Part shown: positions 11,100 to 21,654 of the stretch, one piece after another
Layout: every line of letters begins with the position of its first letter
How positions within the stretch are numbered: the stretch's first letter is position 1
NCBI RefSeq assembly: GCF_001194135.2
Contig: NC_068996.1
Location: 40,805,157-40,841,316, forward strand
Direction of reading: 5' to 3'
Source of the DNA: Octopus bimaculoides
Taxonomy: Eukaryota
Length of the DNA stretch: 36,160 nt
Program-made: the position numbers and the translations under genes
The notes under the pieces: model-generated
Told to the model about the DNA's origin: nothing
What the model saw: only the letters and a program-made list of their open reading frames with translations
The model's database searches: none

Positions 11100-13027
11100 A
11101 GAACAGACCACTGGTGGTGATTAACGAGACAGGCACCCGAGAAGCCCAGGTGGCGGAGGCGCAACGCGGTAACAAAGCTACCATTCGGTCTCTAATAGAT
11201 CAACAGGGATGCAATTTACTCGAACCCGAAAGGATGTGTGAGGCCTTTCAACAGCACTTTGCTCGACTGTTTGGTGTGAGTGGTGGGTCGGAACACAGGA
11301 TGGACTTCACTGCCTACCTGACCGGCCTGCCGCGGCTCTCGGCAGGAGAAGCAAAGTGTTGTGAGAGTCCCATCACAGCTGCTGAAGTAAGGGATGCGAT
11401 GGCGGGCTGCGCGAGTGATAAGTCGCCTGGATTGGATGGTCTACCCTACGAGCTATATTGTCAAATGCCAGACTTGTTTGGCGACCTCTTGGCATCAGTC
11501 TACTGCAACTGGCAACAAAACGGGAGAATTCCCGGTTTCGTGAGCCGAGGTGCAGTGACATTGCTGAAGAAAGACCCAAACAAGGGGAATTTTATAGATA
11601 ATTTCAGGCACATCACTTTGCTCAACGCAGATTTGAAAATTTTGGCCAAAGTAATAGCCGAGAGGTTGGCATTTGTCATCGATAAACTGGTCGACATGGG
11701 GCAAACATGCACCGTGCAGGGCAGAAGCATCCATGACAACCTCTCCCTCATGCGCTACATCATGGACAGGGTGGCTAAGAATCCTGGCATGGGTGGAGCG
11801 CTGATCAATTTGGATCAATCTAAAGCTTTCGATAGGGTCGACCATCAATACCTGGCGGCCGTCCTCAGGGCGGCTGGCTTTGGTCTCGTCTTCCGCGGTT
11901 GGATCACTACCTTCTATAGCGGCATCCGATCGGTAATACGGGTAAACGGTCACCTGTCAAAACCGTTCGACATCACGCGTTCGGTCCGTCAGGGATGTCC
12001 CCTGTCGGCGCTTCTGTATGTATTGACGCCCGAACCGCTACTGCGGAAACTGGCGACACTGAGGGGTATCCCACGGGAGCTGAGTTGCGGGTCGAGCGTG
12101 TCGGCATATGCGGACGATGTCACCGTCATAGCATCGAACCAAGAGCACATCGAACTGCTAGGCGAAACGCTGAAAGAATACGAAACGGTGACGGGAGCAA
12201 AAATTAACCCGGAAAAGTCAGTGGGTTTGCTACTCGGCATCTGGAGAAGCAAGCCCATACCGTCCAACCGCTGGACGGACGGACCGGTTAAACTGCTCGG
12301 GGTCTGGTTCAGTCCGGACCTCCAGATGGATAAGAACTGGGACGAGATCACCAGTAGAGTGATCAACTCAGCCAAACATGGGCTGAGAGAAAGTTATCTC
12401 TAAAAGGTCGGGCGGAGGTAGCTAATGCGTATATCGCATCAGTCATCGATTACCGCCTGACCGTCGTACCTTGTCCCGATGCCACCATCACGAAACTAGA
12501 ACGCATACTCTTCCGCTTTCTGTGGAAGGGTGGCGTTCCGATGGTGAGGCGATCCATTTGCTGTCAACGTCCGTTACATGGAGGACTGGGGATGCCGTGG
12601 TTAATGATGCGCAGACACGCGCTGAAACTGCGGCATCTCTGAAATTTCATTGACGACGGTGAACAGGTGTGGGCGCCGTTCGTGAGGCGCGCTTTCCGCA
12701 GCTCATCTCACTCACCGAACTGCAAACATGGATCAAAAAGAGACCGAAACTGGGTGATTAGCACCGCGAATGTCACCAATCTCTACAACAGCTCTGCCGT
12801 CTGGGATCAAACTTGTGCAACTTCCAAACGATTAATGCGTTCTATAGAGGACTAGTGGAGGGGAGGTCCGACGACACTCTCGGGGCAAACCTGGGTGTCG
12901 ACGAGAAATTCCTAACCCGCTTTTTTTAGGACAGCATTCGGGCCGGGGCCTATGGATAACTTCCAGAGATCCCTAGCTTGGCAATGCTATCGGGACGCAC
13001 TACCAGTTCGAGAGAAGATCTACAGAA
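11100..13027 (+). mobile_element. L1-clade (Tx1-like) non-LTR retrotransposon ORF2 fragment, truncated at both ends
   Basis: GC-richer island; RT motifs in ORF 11114-12403, and downstream frameshifted coding (KLSLKGRAEVANAYIAS...FRFLWKG...GGLGMP...AWQCYRDALPVREK). Confidence 0.93.
11114..12403 (+). pseudogene. Reverse transcriptase domain (429-aa open frame), frameshift near 12370
   Basis: KSPGLDGLPYELY, FRHITLLNADLKILAK, GRSIHDN, LDQSKAFDRVDH, VRQGCPLS, AYADDV, INPEKS, KLLGVWF; no endonuclease domain upstream. Confidence 0.93.
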
Positions 13028-13176
13028 AACAAACAGATGTATTAGTTTAAAGCTCGGGAATTGAAAAAGTCTTTAACGTTCCGAGCCTACGCCCTTACAC
13101 AGAAAGGAACACAGAAAGAAACAAGGAGAGAAAATAAAGAGTGTGTAGTGGTTAGCGATCTATCATGACGAAATAC
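13028..13176 (-). mobile_element. Hammerhead-bearing short repeat family H1 (3'-truncated), abutting the LINE
   Basis: Reverse complement aligns to 22797-22950 and 23028-23180; same 5' start adjacent to (TACA)n. Confidence 0.85.
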
Positions 13177-13177
13177 A

Positions 13178-13213
<36 letters not shown>

Positions 13214-13504
13214 TATATATTTATATATATTGCGCCTCCACATATATATATATAGGCGTCTCCATATNNNNNNNNNNNNNNNNNNNNNNNNNNNNNNNNN
13301 NNNNNNNNNNNNNNNNNNNNNNNNNNNNNNNNNNNNNNNNNNNNNNNNNNNNNNNNNNNNNNNNNNNNNNNNNNNNNNNNNNNNNNNNNNNNNNNNNNNN
13401 NNNNNNNNNNNNNNNNNNNNNNNNNNNNNNNNNNNNNNNNNNNNNNNNNNNNNNNNNNNNNNNNNNNNNNNNNNNNNNNNNNNNNNNNNNNNNNNNNNNN
13501 NNNN

Positions 13505-13590
13505 CACGGTTTCGATTCCCAAATCGGTCGTTGTGTGTGTTTATTGAGCGAAAAGACCTAAAGCTCCACGATGCTCCGGCAGGGGGTGGT
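13505..13590 (+). mobile_element. SINE family D fragment
   Basis: ggtttcgattccc...gtgtttattgagcgaaaa.acctaaagctccacga matches 24484-24560. Confidence 0.8.
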
Positions 13591-13601
13591 AAATACGCGT
13601 A

Positions 13602-13636
<35 letters not shown>

Positions 13637-13730
13637 GCACGCACACACACACACATACACACGTATAAAGAAAATAAGACAAGGTAGAAACTGCTAAAAT
13701 AATTATATCATTAAATACATTTTGTAAAGG

Positions 13731-13768
13731 TTAGTACCGGTTTCAGTCTTATCGACATCTTCAACTAA
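13731..13768 (-). ncRNA. Minimal type I hammerhead ribozyme-like motif (U3 variant)
   Basis: Minus strand TTAG-TTGAAGA-TGTCgataaGACT-GAAA-CCGGT-A-CTAA: stem I TTAG/CTAA, core, stem II, palindromic stem III ACCGGT, GUA cleavage triplet. Confidence 0.6.
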
Positions 13769-13915
13769 GAGTAAAACTAGAAAAACAATTAAGCTGGAGA
13801 AACAAATTAAATGAAATGTCTTGTAAATAATTCCACAGTGTTCAAATACGTAGGCTATTTTCCTTTTTTCCTGCCTCTCTCGTTTCTTTTGTGAAGGCTC
13901 GGAAGGTAGTACCAG

Positions 13916-13996
13916 ATAAAATGAGACAACAATGTCAAAGCTGTGTGAAGTGTCCTAGAAATTTCACACTGCATTGGCTTTGTTGTCTCATTTTAT
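13916..13996. repeat. 35-bp-stem hairpin with 11-nt loop
   Basis: 13916-13950 pairs with 13962-13996 without bulges: 30 Watson-Crick pairs, 2 G:T, 3 mismatches. Confidence 0.85.
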
Positions 13997-14148
13997 TTAA
14001 CAGATACATGCTCACACACATTAAACTCTTCACTAATACTATTATCAAACCGGAAGTCTAACTACGGTCCTTCCGTAGCACTTACATACCCTTTCCTGCC
14101 AATTTGGGTCTTCTGGATGCCAAAACCTCTCATATATATATATATATA

Positions 14149-14348
14149 GTTTTAGGGAAAAGAACCAAGGTTCATGAACTCATCGATGAAAATCCACTGT
14201 CACATATAGAAAAATTAATAATTAAAAGCACAATAAATGAGTATAATATAATACAAAGTAAATATCATAAGATAAAGATAATAAAATGACTATACGTGTT
14301 TCATAACTAATCGATGAGTTCATGAACCTTGGTTCTTTTCCCTAAAAC
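14149..14348. mobile_element. 200-bp element with perfect 39-bp terminal inverted repeats in (TA)n (MITE-like)
   Basis: GTTTTAGGGAAAAGAACCAAGGTTCATGAACTCATCGAT at 14149-14187 and its exact reverse complement at 14310-14348; TATATA on both flanks. Confidence 0.8.
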
Positions 14349-14458
14349 TATATATTTATACATATTTTACTCCGTGAAACTTAATTAAATTTTAATTTTT
14401 TATAAATTGATTTTAATTGAGTTTTTACCTGTAATTTTGGATTTTATCCGTAATATTA

Positions 14459-14513
<55 letters not shown>

Positions 14514-14514
14514 A

Positions 14515-14621
14515 TACAAATAATAGATGAGTATATGCATATATACGTACATGTATGTACATACCTACATCTACATGTATATATAGATGCATATCTGGGT
14601 ACAGGACGTTGCAAAACGTCC

Positions 14622-14630
<9 letters not shown>
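14515..14630 (-). mobile_element. Short repeat family H3 fragment (homologous to 35050-35150)
   Basis: taatacaaata...tacatctacatgt.tatata.atgcatatc.gggtacaggacgtt shared with 35050-35150 and, inverted, 35745-35850. Confidence 0.8.
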
Positions 14631-14652
<22 letters not shown>

Positions 14653-15059
14653 GTATGTATTATCAATCCTTAATGTATGTAACGATTTCAGTATTTCGTG
14701 CAAAGAAATTTGACGAATATTATGTTTTTTAACAAGGAACACTTTAAAGGGACCTTCACTTGGCGATGTAACGCAGCCTAAAAGCGTCTAACAACTTACA
14801 TACATTAAGTATGTGACATTAATGATGTTACAATATGGAGCTGCTCCTAACATAAAATTTGAATTTTGACTTAATTGTGCGGCACTGATGTACATCAGGA
14901 GATAGATTTTATTTCAGGCCAGCGATTAGAATTGATTTCGGGGGTGAATCGAATATATGGCACCGGTGAGCAGAAGTAACTGCTAAATATCGATATCTGT
15001 CGTTGTCGTTCGACTCCAAGGTGATCCGTTTCGCATATCTTTGAAGTATACTATTTCTT

Positions 15060-15860
15060 TTTTTAACATACTAAAACTAGTATGCTCGATCGTTATCCTG
15101 ATGAAACAAGAGATCACTTTCATCAGTTTTCCTGGCCGTGGCCTTGATAGCCTTTCGTAACCGATCCCCTCAGTAAGTTGGCATAGTACTCTCCATTGAT
15201 GGTGCGACCCTTCTGAAGATACTAATAAATACAATGCATTTTACATCCGCCCAAAACTGAGGTAAACATCTTTCCTGCATATGCCACGACCTTGGTCTTC
15301 TCTGCAGCAGATGAGGAGGGGTTATTTCTACTGCATGGATTGTCTGCTTGTCTCTGGCTCAAAGTGATGAATCCAATACTTATCCTAAATTAAGAAATGT
15401 TCAAGGAAACCAACTGGAACGGTCTCAAACAATGTTAGATTTTCCTGTGATGTGATTAGCTTGGTGTGCTTTCGATCAGGTGTCGGAATACGTAGAATTC
15501 AACGAGCAAAAACTTTCGTTATGCCAAGTTCTTTGCGCACAATATTATCAACTCTATCATGGAATATACTAATAGCATTGGCTATTTGAATTATAGTCAA
15601 TTGCCCGTCATCCATCAGCATATGATGAAGACGATCAATGATTTCCTCTGTGGCGGCAGTTGTAGGACGTCCAGACCTCGGGTCATCTTCACGACTTTCT
15701 CTTCCCCCTCCTAAATTCAGCTACTGATTTTGTGTTGCTAATAAAGTTAGAGCGTTATCTTCTAATGTAGCAACCATTTCAGCATGAATGTTGTTGCGAA
15801 TTAAACCCTTTTTTTTTCGAAGGTATTTGATAACACCACGATGCCATTTTTTTTTTTCCA
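15060..15860 (-). pseudogene. Mariner transposase pseudogene
   Basis: HRGVIKYL...EFRRGRESREDDPRSGRPTTA...WIHHFEPET...LQKGRTINGEYYANLL...FHQDNDRAY, with several stops and frameshifts. Confidence 0.9.
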
Positions 15861-15937
15861 TTTTCAAGAGAAAATTTTTGAAGTCGTTTGTAAAGGGTGA
15901 AATGTTAATTTACCTGGAAAGAAACAATGCACTTATC

Positions 15938-16298
15938 AACAAGAGCACTCAAAAAGTGCAAACTTCCGCCAAAGCAACACCAACGTCCTCTCAACGATTA
16001 GCGAGAGATGATTTCTGAAATGAGAATATCTGAAATAAACAGGACTGCTCTCACAAACAAGAATACTAAAAATGAACCTGACCACTCTCAAAAATTAAGT
16101 TAAAAAAAACAGGAAAAATAATCTAGAATCCTTGTCCGGTACCGGGTCGATCCTAAAATCTAATCAGTTCGTGCCAGTCACGTGGCCAAACATCCTTGAA
16201 AGTTTCATCCGAATCCATCCAGGGGTTCTTGAGATATCTTGTCTATGGACAAACTAAAAGACAAACAAACACGACTGAAAACGAAGGCGGAGGTAATA
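15938..16298 (+). mobile_element. Helentron/HINE-like non-autonomous rolling-circle element
   Basis: 5' aacaagagcactc...ACTTCCGCCAAAG (15962-15974) complementary to 3' GGCGGAGGT (16286-16294); (ACAA/CAGA) repeats before tgaaaac; body shared with 27290-27478. Confidence 0.7.
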
Positions 16299-16629
16299 AA
16301 AAAGATTTCGCAACTCTTGCATCATTCCTCACATAATCAACCTATGAAATTTTTGGCCCACCCTCATATACCGGGGACTAAGACTTCAAATTTGGATTCA
16401 AGTAGGTTTGACATATTTGGCAGAGCTGACATGGGGTTAAGAAAACAACCCTAATAAATCTATCCCATCAAGTGAGTGAACGAGTATGATAGCTGAAATA
16501 AAGTTAGACCAGTTGACTTTAACGCATTGTTAAATACGTAGAGATAAGTGTATCTTGATATTTATCTGTAGCTTGTTTCTGACGAAGGCAATTGTAAGTA
16601 GATGAAAAGATGAATGAAAAGAAGAGAAG

Positions 16630-16745
16630 AGATAGATAGACAGATAGACAGATAGATAGATAGATATATAGAGAGATAGAGAGAGAGGGAGAGAGAGAGA
16701 GAATGGAGAGGAAGACAGAAAGAGAGAAGGGAAAAAAAGAAAGAA
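16630..16745. repeat. (AGAT)n/(AG)n microsatellite
   Basis: Direct inspection. Confidence 0.9.
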
Positions 16746-17065
16746 AGAAATGAAAAGATAAAATATACGGAATAAAAGAGGAGGTAAAGAGATGCGGAAA
16801 CCATTGATTAAGTAACATAGCTTCTGGGCAAAGAATCCAAACAGGAGGAATAAGGGGCGGATTGAGGTTTTGTAACTATTGTTTAGGTGTAGAAAAAAAA
16901 AGCCCCAACTAATTAATACGGAGAGATGTTGTTTTTGTTGTTTATCTCGTTGTATTTTGGAGGTTTAGCATCGTTCGGTTTAATTGTAACCGATCGGAGA
17001 ACGAACAATAAACGCGCGAAGGTAGAAGGGAGGTTGTAAACTAGAATGCATAAATATGTCGTGTC

Positions 17066-17260
17066 CCACTCGCTCACTCACTCACACACACAAACACACA
17101 TACACACATATACACACAAGCTCACGCACACACACACAGAAGTGCTCACATACACATATATTTGTATATACACATACAAATATACACATACATTAGATAT
17201 CTTTCTATTTATCTATCTATATATATGTGCATACATATATGCACACACACACAAACACAC

Positions 17261-17299
<39 letters not shown>

Positions 17300-17470
17300 C
17301 ATACATATACATTTCAATATCTATTTATTTTTTTATCTATCTATTTATATATATATACATGCATATATGTAAGCATATGTGAGTGTATATAAATACCCCC
17401 CCACACACACACACGCACACACATACACATATACATTTAAATATCTATTTATTTATCTATCTATATATTT
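17066..17470. repeat. (CA)n/(TA)n/(CTAT)n compound microsatellite
   Basis: Direct inspection. Confidence 0.85.
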
Positions 17471-17471
17471 T

Positions 17472-17550
17472 TCTATCGTCTCTTTTGTCGAACCGCTACG
17501 GTACGCAGTGGGATTGAACCCGGAACCATGTGGTTGGGGAAATAAGCTTC
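17472..17550 (-). mobile_element. SINE family A, internally deleted (tail segment joined to head)
   Basis: ctatcgtctcttttgtcgaaccgcta joined directly to cgcagtgggattgaacccggaaccatgtggttg. Confidence 0.7.
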
Positions 17551-17761
17551 TTCATTTCATAAATTTTGCCATAAAGGCATTACATTGAGGAGACAAACAA
17601 AGGCAAACAATCATAAAGAAGCTGCGGGCTGGACACGGACATTAATGAATGAAATGAATACAAAAAGATGAGTAAAAAAATGGGAGAGGCACCGGCGTTC
17701 GCTGACCGACAACCCCTCAAAAACCTTGTTCAATAAAAATCATCAACAAAATCAAATTGAA

Positions 17762-18221
17762 TCAAGTCCTATGGTCCTCCACATCCGGGCCCCCAAGCAA
17801 GATTCCTGCTGCCTGCAGGACAACCCGCAATGGCTGGCCCAACTTAAGGGAGACGAAGTCCTTCCTGTCACATATCCTTTCAACATTTTTTCCTTCCCTG
17901 ACATATAAGACCTCCGCACGCACCTGCGGAGGCCAATTGGGATCGTCTATAGAGGTGGAATCGTACCGTTGATGATCCAAACAATTATCTAAATGAAGCT
18001 GAACGGGCCTGTCCTTGAGGTAACAGAGGATAATCTCTGCTTCCTCGTCAGCGGGGGAGACGACGGCCTGCTCTGCCAGTGGCACAATTCCCACTAGCAG
18101 AGCCTCCCGCTCCGGTGGCACACTACCCACTGGAGGGGCCTCGAGTTCGACCGGCGGCACAGTGGCGTCCGCCGTCCGTCTCCCGTTTCTTTTCTTTTTC
18201 CTTTTTTCCTTTTATCGTCTG
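17762..18221 (-). pseudogene. GC-rich open frame (~153 aa from gap edge), possibly the C-terminus of a non-LTR retrotransposon ORF1
   Basis: Frame open from the gap at 18221 to a stop at 17762; Lys-rich, then Pro-rich, then globular segment; GC content like the LINE at 11100-13027; no diagnostic motif recognised. Confidence 0.4.
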
Positions 18222-19210
18222 NNNNNNNNNNNNNNNNNNNNNNNNNNNNNNNNNNNNNNNNNNNNNNNNNNNNNNNNNNNNNNNNNNNNNNNNNNNNNNN
18301 NNNNNNNNNNNNNNNNNNNNNNNNNNNNNNNNNNNNNNNNNNNNNNNNNNNNNNNNNNNNNNNNNNNNNNNNNNNNNNNNNNNNNNNNNNNNNNNNNNNN
18401 NNNNNNNNNNNNNNNNNNNNNNNNNNNNNNNNNNNNNNNNNNNNNNNNNNNNNNNNNNNNNNNNNNNNNNNNNNNNNNNNNNNNNNNNNNNNNNNNNNNN
18501 NNNNNNNNNNNNNNNNNNNNNNNNNNNNNNNNNNNNNNNNNNNNNNNNNNNNNNNNNNNNNNNNNNNNNNNNNNNNNNNNNNNNNNNNNNNNNNNNNNNN
18601 NNNNNNNNNNNNNNNNNNNNNNNNNNNNNNNNNNNNNNNNNNNNNNNNNNNNNNNNNNNNNNNNNNNNNNNNNNNNNNNNNNNNNNNNNNNNNNNNNNNN
18701 NNNNNNNNNNNNNNNNNNNNNNNNNNNNNNNNNNNNNNNNNNNNNNNNNNNNNNNNNNNNNNNNNNNNNNNNNNNNNNNNNNNNNNNNNNNNNNNNNNNN
18801 NNNNNNNNNNCTTCAGGGGAGTCAAATAGCAACCACGCCGTTATGTACTTGACCCCCTTGTAATATAATAATTTTTGGCTAGCAAACAGTTTGCCAGCTC
18901 TTTCATTATTTTTTTCTCTATTGAAGAGGGCAATGGCGTTGCGTGATCTGGAATAGGTCCGCAAGACCACTGTCCTCATCTCTGTCTCTGCAATCCACTG
19001 CTTGGGTGCAACAGCCTCCCATTCCAAGAGAGTGGCTTAATTTTTTTTCCATGTCTGTTAAAGTGCAGAAAAATGTCAAATAAAAGTTCATCAAAAGAAA
19101 AAGGAAAAGAAAGGAAAAAGCAGTTCAGAAAAAGAAGAAGAAAAAGTCACAATAGGGTGGAAGAAGGAAGAAAAAGAAACACTTTAACAGTTCCAAAACA
19201 AAACACAAGT

Positions 19211-19860
19211 CTTCGGCCACTTAGGTACTCCAGGCCCGTTGTTAATCCAATTTGAACCTGGAACACAGTGAGCTTCTATGAATTTTCCAAAAGGTTCTAT
19301 TTTTTGGAGGCGGGATACGCCCCCAAAATGATTTTCACAATGAAAACAATTATTCACTAAAACGTGAATCAATTTGGTCAACTGCAGGCAGACCAAACAC
19401 AAACAGCCCCTCCTCGCAGCTGAGCTACTTAATTCGCCACGTGGCAACAAAATTCAGTACTTCAACGACGTAAAGCAGTTCACAGAAAAAAAACCCATTA
19501 ATTTTCGGCCACTAAGTACTCCAGGCCTGTTGGTACTGCAATTGAACCCGGAACACAGCGACTGGAACAATTCTCTCTGAATAAATTGCTTTCATGAAGC
19601 AAATAAAAGTTCAACTTTTTTTTTGAGGTGGGATACGCCCCCAAAACAATATTTCTCAGAATGAGAACAATTATTCACAAAAAAGTGAACCAATTGCTCA
19701 ACTGCAGGCAGACCAAAGTATATCATCCAGTAGGGACCCCTTGCTCGTAAATACAACAAACAACAAGCCCCCACTGGACCCAGAATACAAACAGTCTTAC
19801 TTTGCAGCTGAGCTTCTGAAAACGCCACGCTATAGACTAGCGTGGTAACAACCTTCAGTG
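19211..19860. repeat. Diverged tandem duplication (~290-350 bp units starting 19211 and 19503)
   Basis: Colinear shared blocks TTCGGCCACT, GTACTCCAGGCC, GGGATACGCCCCCAAAA, AACAATTATTCAC, CAACTGCAGGCAGACCAAA, GCAGCTGAGCT. Confidence 0.8.
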
Positions 19861-19954
19861 CGAATTTTCAAATTTTCTTTTTGTTCTTCCTTCTTGGACA
19901 GAGTCAAAGACTAACGTACACACTGCTCGGCTGCAGTAAGACATCCGGAAACGG

Positions 19955-19990
19955 AAGCAAGCTTCTTACCACACAGCCACGCCTACGCGC
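19955..19990 (-). mobile_element. SINE family A head fragment
   Basis: aagcttcttaccacacagccacgcctacgc is the reverse of the 9603-9635 head. Confidence 0.65.
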
Positions 19991-20559
19991 GCATACACAC
20001 ACACACACACACTAAGATATATGCACACGTGGGTGAATAGATAGATATTTAGATAGATCGATAGATAGATATTAACCATTTAATCTTCCTGAGCTATATT
20101 TTCTCCTCATACCGTTCCCTGTCTTAATATACCCTATAACCTCACCGACCTTCTTATTTCCCCTCTTTCATATAGCTAACTCCCACATTTAATCGTTCTA
20201 TCTTTAAACCTCTCTGCATTAAGATCTGAAATATAAAATCTTTCCTACCTTGATGACGGAACTCATCTCATCCAATATTTATTGTAAGCATAAAGGCCAC
20301 ATATTGAGATGAATCACATCTACCGACATTATGATGGATCACCGAGCCTCCAGAAACAGCTGTTGGACTTGTAACACCTTTATTCTTCCCCTTTAATTTT
20401 TTCTGTGGTTGTATTCTGTATAAGTAAGACTTATTAAAATGAAAATTCATCATCTGAAAGTAGTCACCTTTTGCATTCTCTCATTTTACCCAAATTATCA
20501 AATTTAATATATTTAAAATAATTAACTTGCCTATTTTGACTATCTGCATAATTGACTCT

Positions 20560-20622
20560 GTCTGTCGGTCTGTCTGTCTGTCTCTGTCTGTGTTTCTCTC
20601 TCTCGCTCTCTCTCTCTCTCGC

Positions 20623-20695
<73 letters not shown>

Positions 20696-20698
20696 CTA

Positions 20699-20759
<61 letters not shown>

Positions 20760-20775
20760 TTATGTATATTATATA
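20560..20775. repeat. (CTGT)/(CT)/(CTAT)/(TA) compound microsatellite
   Basis: Direct inspection. Confidence 0.9.
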
Positions 20776-20784
20776 TGTTTAATC

Positions 20785-21185
20785 TTTTACACGCTTCAGT
20801 AATTTAACTGCAGTGAAGCTGCAGCATCGCCTTTAGTCGAAGAAATCAACCACAGGAGTTATTCTTTGTAAGCCTAGTACTTATTGTATCGGTCTCTTTT
20901 GTCGAACAGTTAAGCTTCGGAGACTTAAGCCATGGTGGTGTTAGTGGTGGTGGGGGAAAACACAGACACAAAAACACGCACACATAAACACACACACACA
21001 TACACACACACACAAACACACACACACACACGCACATATATATATATACAAGGCGAACTTCTTTGAGTTTCCGTCTACCAAATCCACTCACAAGGCTTTG
21101 GTCGGCCCGAGGCTATAGTAGAAGACACTTTGCCCAAAGTGTCACGCAATAGGACTGAACCCAGAATTATGTCACTGGGAAGAAA
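20785..21185 (-). mobile_element. SINE family A, near full length, with internal (CA)n/(TA)n
   Basis: Reverse of 9603-10030: ttattctttgtaagcctagtactta ... tttccgtctaccaaatccactcacaaggctttggtcggcccgaggctatagtagaagacac ... ggactgaaccc. Confidence 0.88.
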
Positions 21186-21654
21186 GCAAATGCTCGAAAT
21201 GAGGAGTAGATAGATAGTCGACAAATTGTTACTTGGATGCGACTCTACTCTATACTGGTTACTTTCCCATTGTTTTCTCTCTCATCGTTTTCTCTAATTC
21301 CGTTCTTGTCCCCTTCACAGTTTTGTATCTGTCACTCTCTCCTCCCTCCTCTCTTTCTCCCTTTCTCTCTCCCGTTGTTCACATGTGGCCATCGTCCATC
21401 TTTTTTTGTCCTCACGTGATCATCTTTCTTTTCTTTCAGAACTCTCCTAAGGACTAGATATATCCTATCTCTCACTTCTATCTTTCCTCTTGTCAAAGAA
21501 AATATTTCTCCAACGTTCGCTATTTTACCCTCGTTCTGGTCTAACGACCTTCCATGTTTGTTTTCGTTCGGTTTCCTTGTATGTCTCCACTGTCCTGTTT
21601 TTGTTCCCAACTTTGACCCTCCATATAAATACCAAATTTTATTTTAGAATTTAT

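Larger units (their letters stand above)
15060..16366 (-). mobile_element. Mariner transposon, 3'-truncated, interrupted by a HINE-like insertion
   Basis: 5' TIR TA|TGAGGGTGGGCCAAAAATTTCATAGG at 16340-16368 (minus strand); transposase remnant 15060-15860. Confidence 0.85.

Noticed and set aside
11373-12375. Antisense ORFs overlapping the RT
   Set aside because: Shadow frames of the GC-rich LINE coding strand
14285-14335. Hammerhead inside the perfect-TIR element (minus ...TTCATGA...GAAACACGTATAGTC)
   Set aside because: The core is not CUGANGA and no stem I pairing was found
14700-15060. 3' TIR of the minus-strand mariner
   Set aside because: No match to the 5' TIR at 16340-16366 was found, so the element is treated as truncated
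18830-19030. L1 ORF2 C-terminal remnant (minus, ...SRSRNAIALFN...)
   Set aside because: Only a vague resemblance, with no CCHC or RT motif nearby
20249-20455. Minus-strand exon (ttcag acceptor, AAG|GTAGGA donor)
   Set aside because: All three frames contain stops between the sites; only a short terminal-exon reading is possible, and it is unsupported
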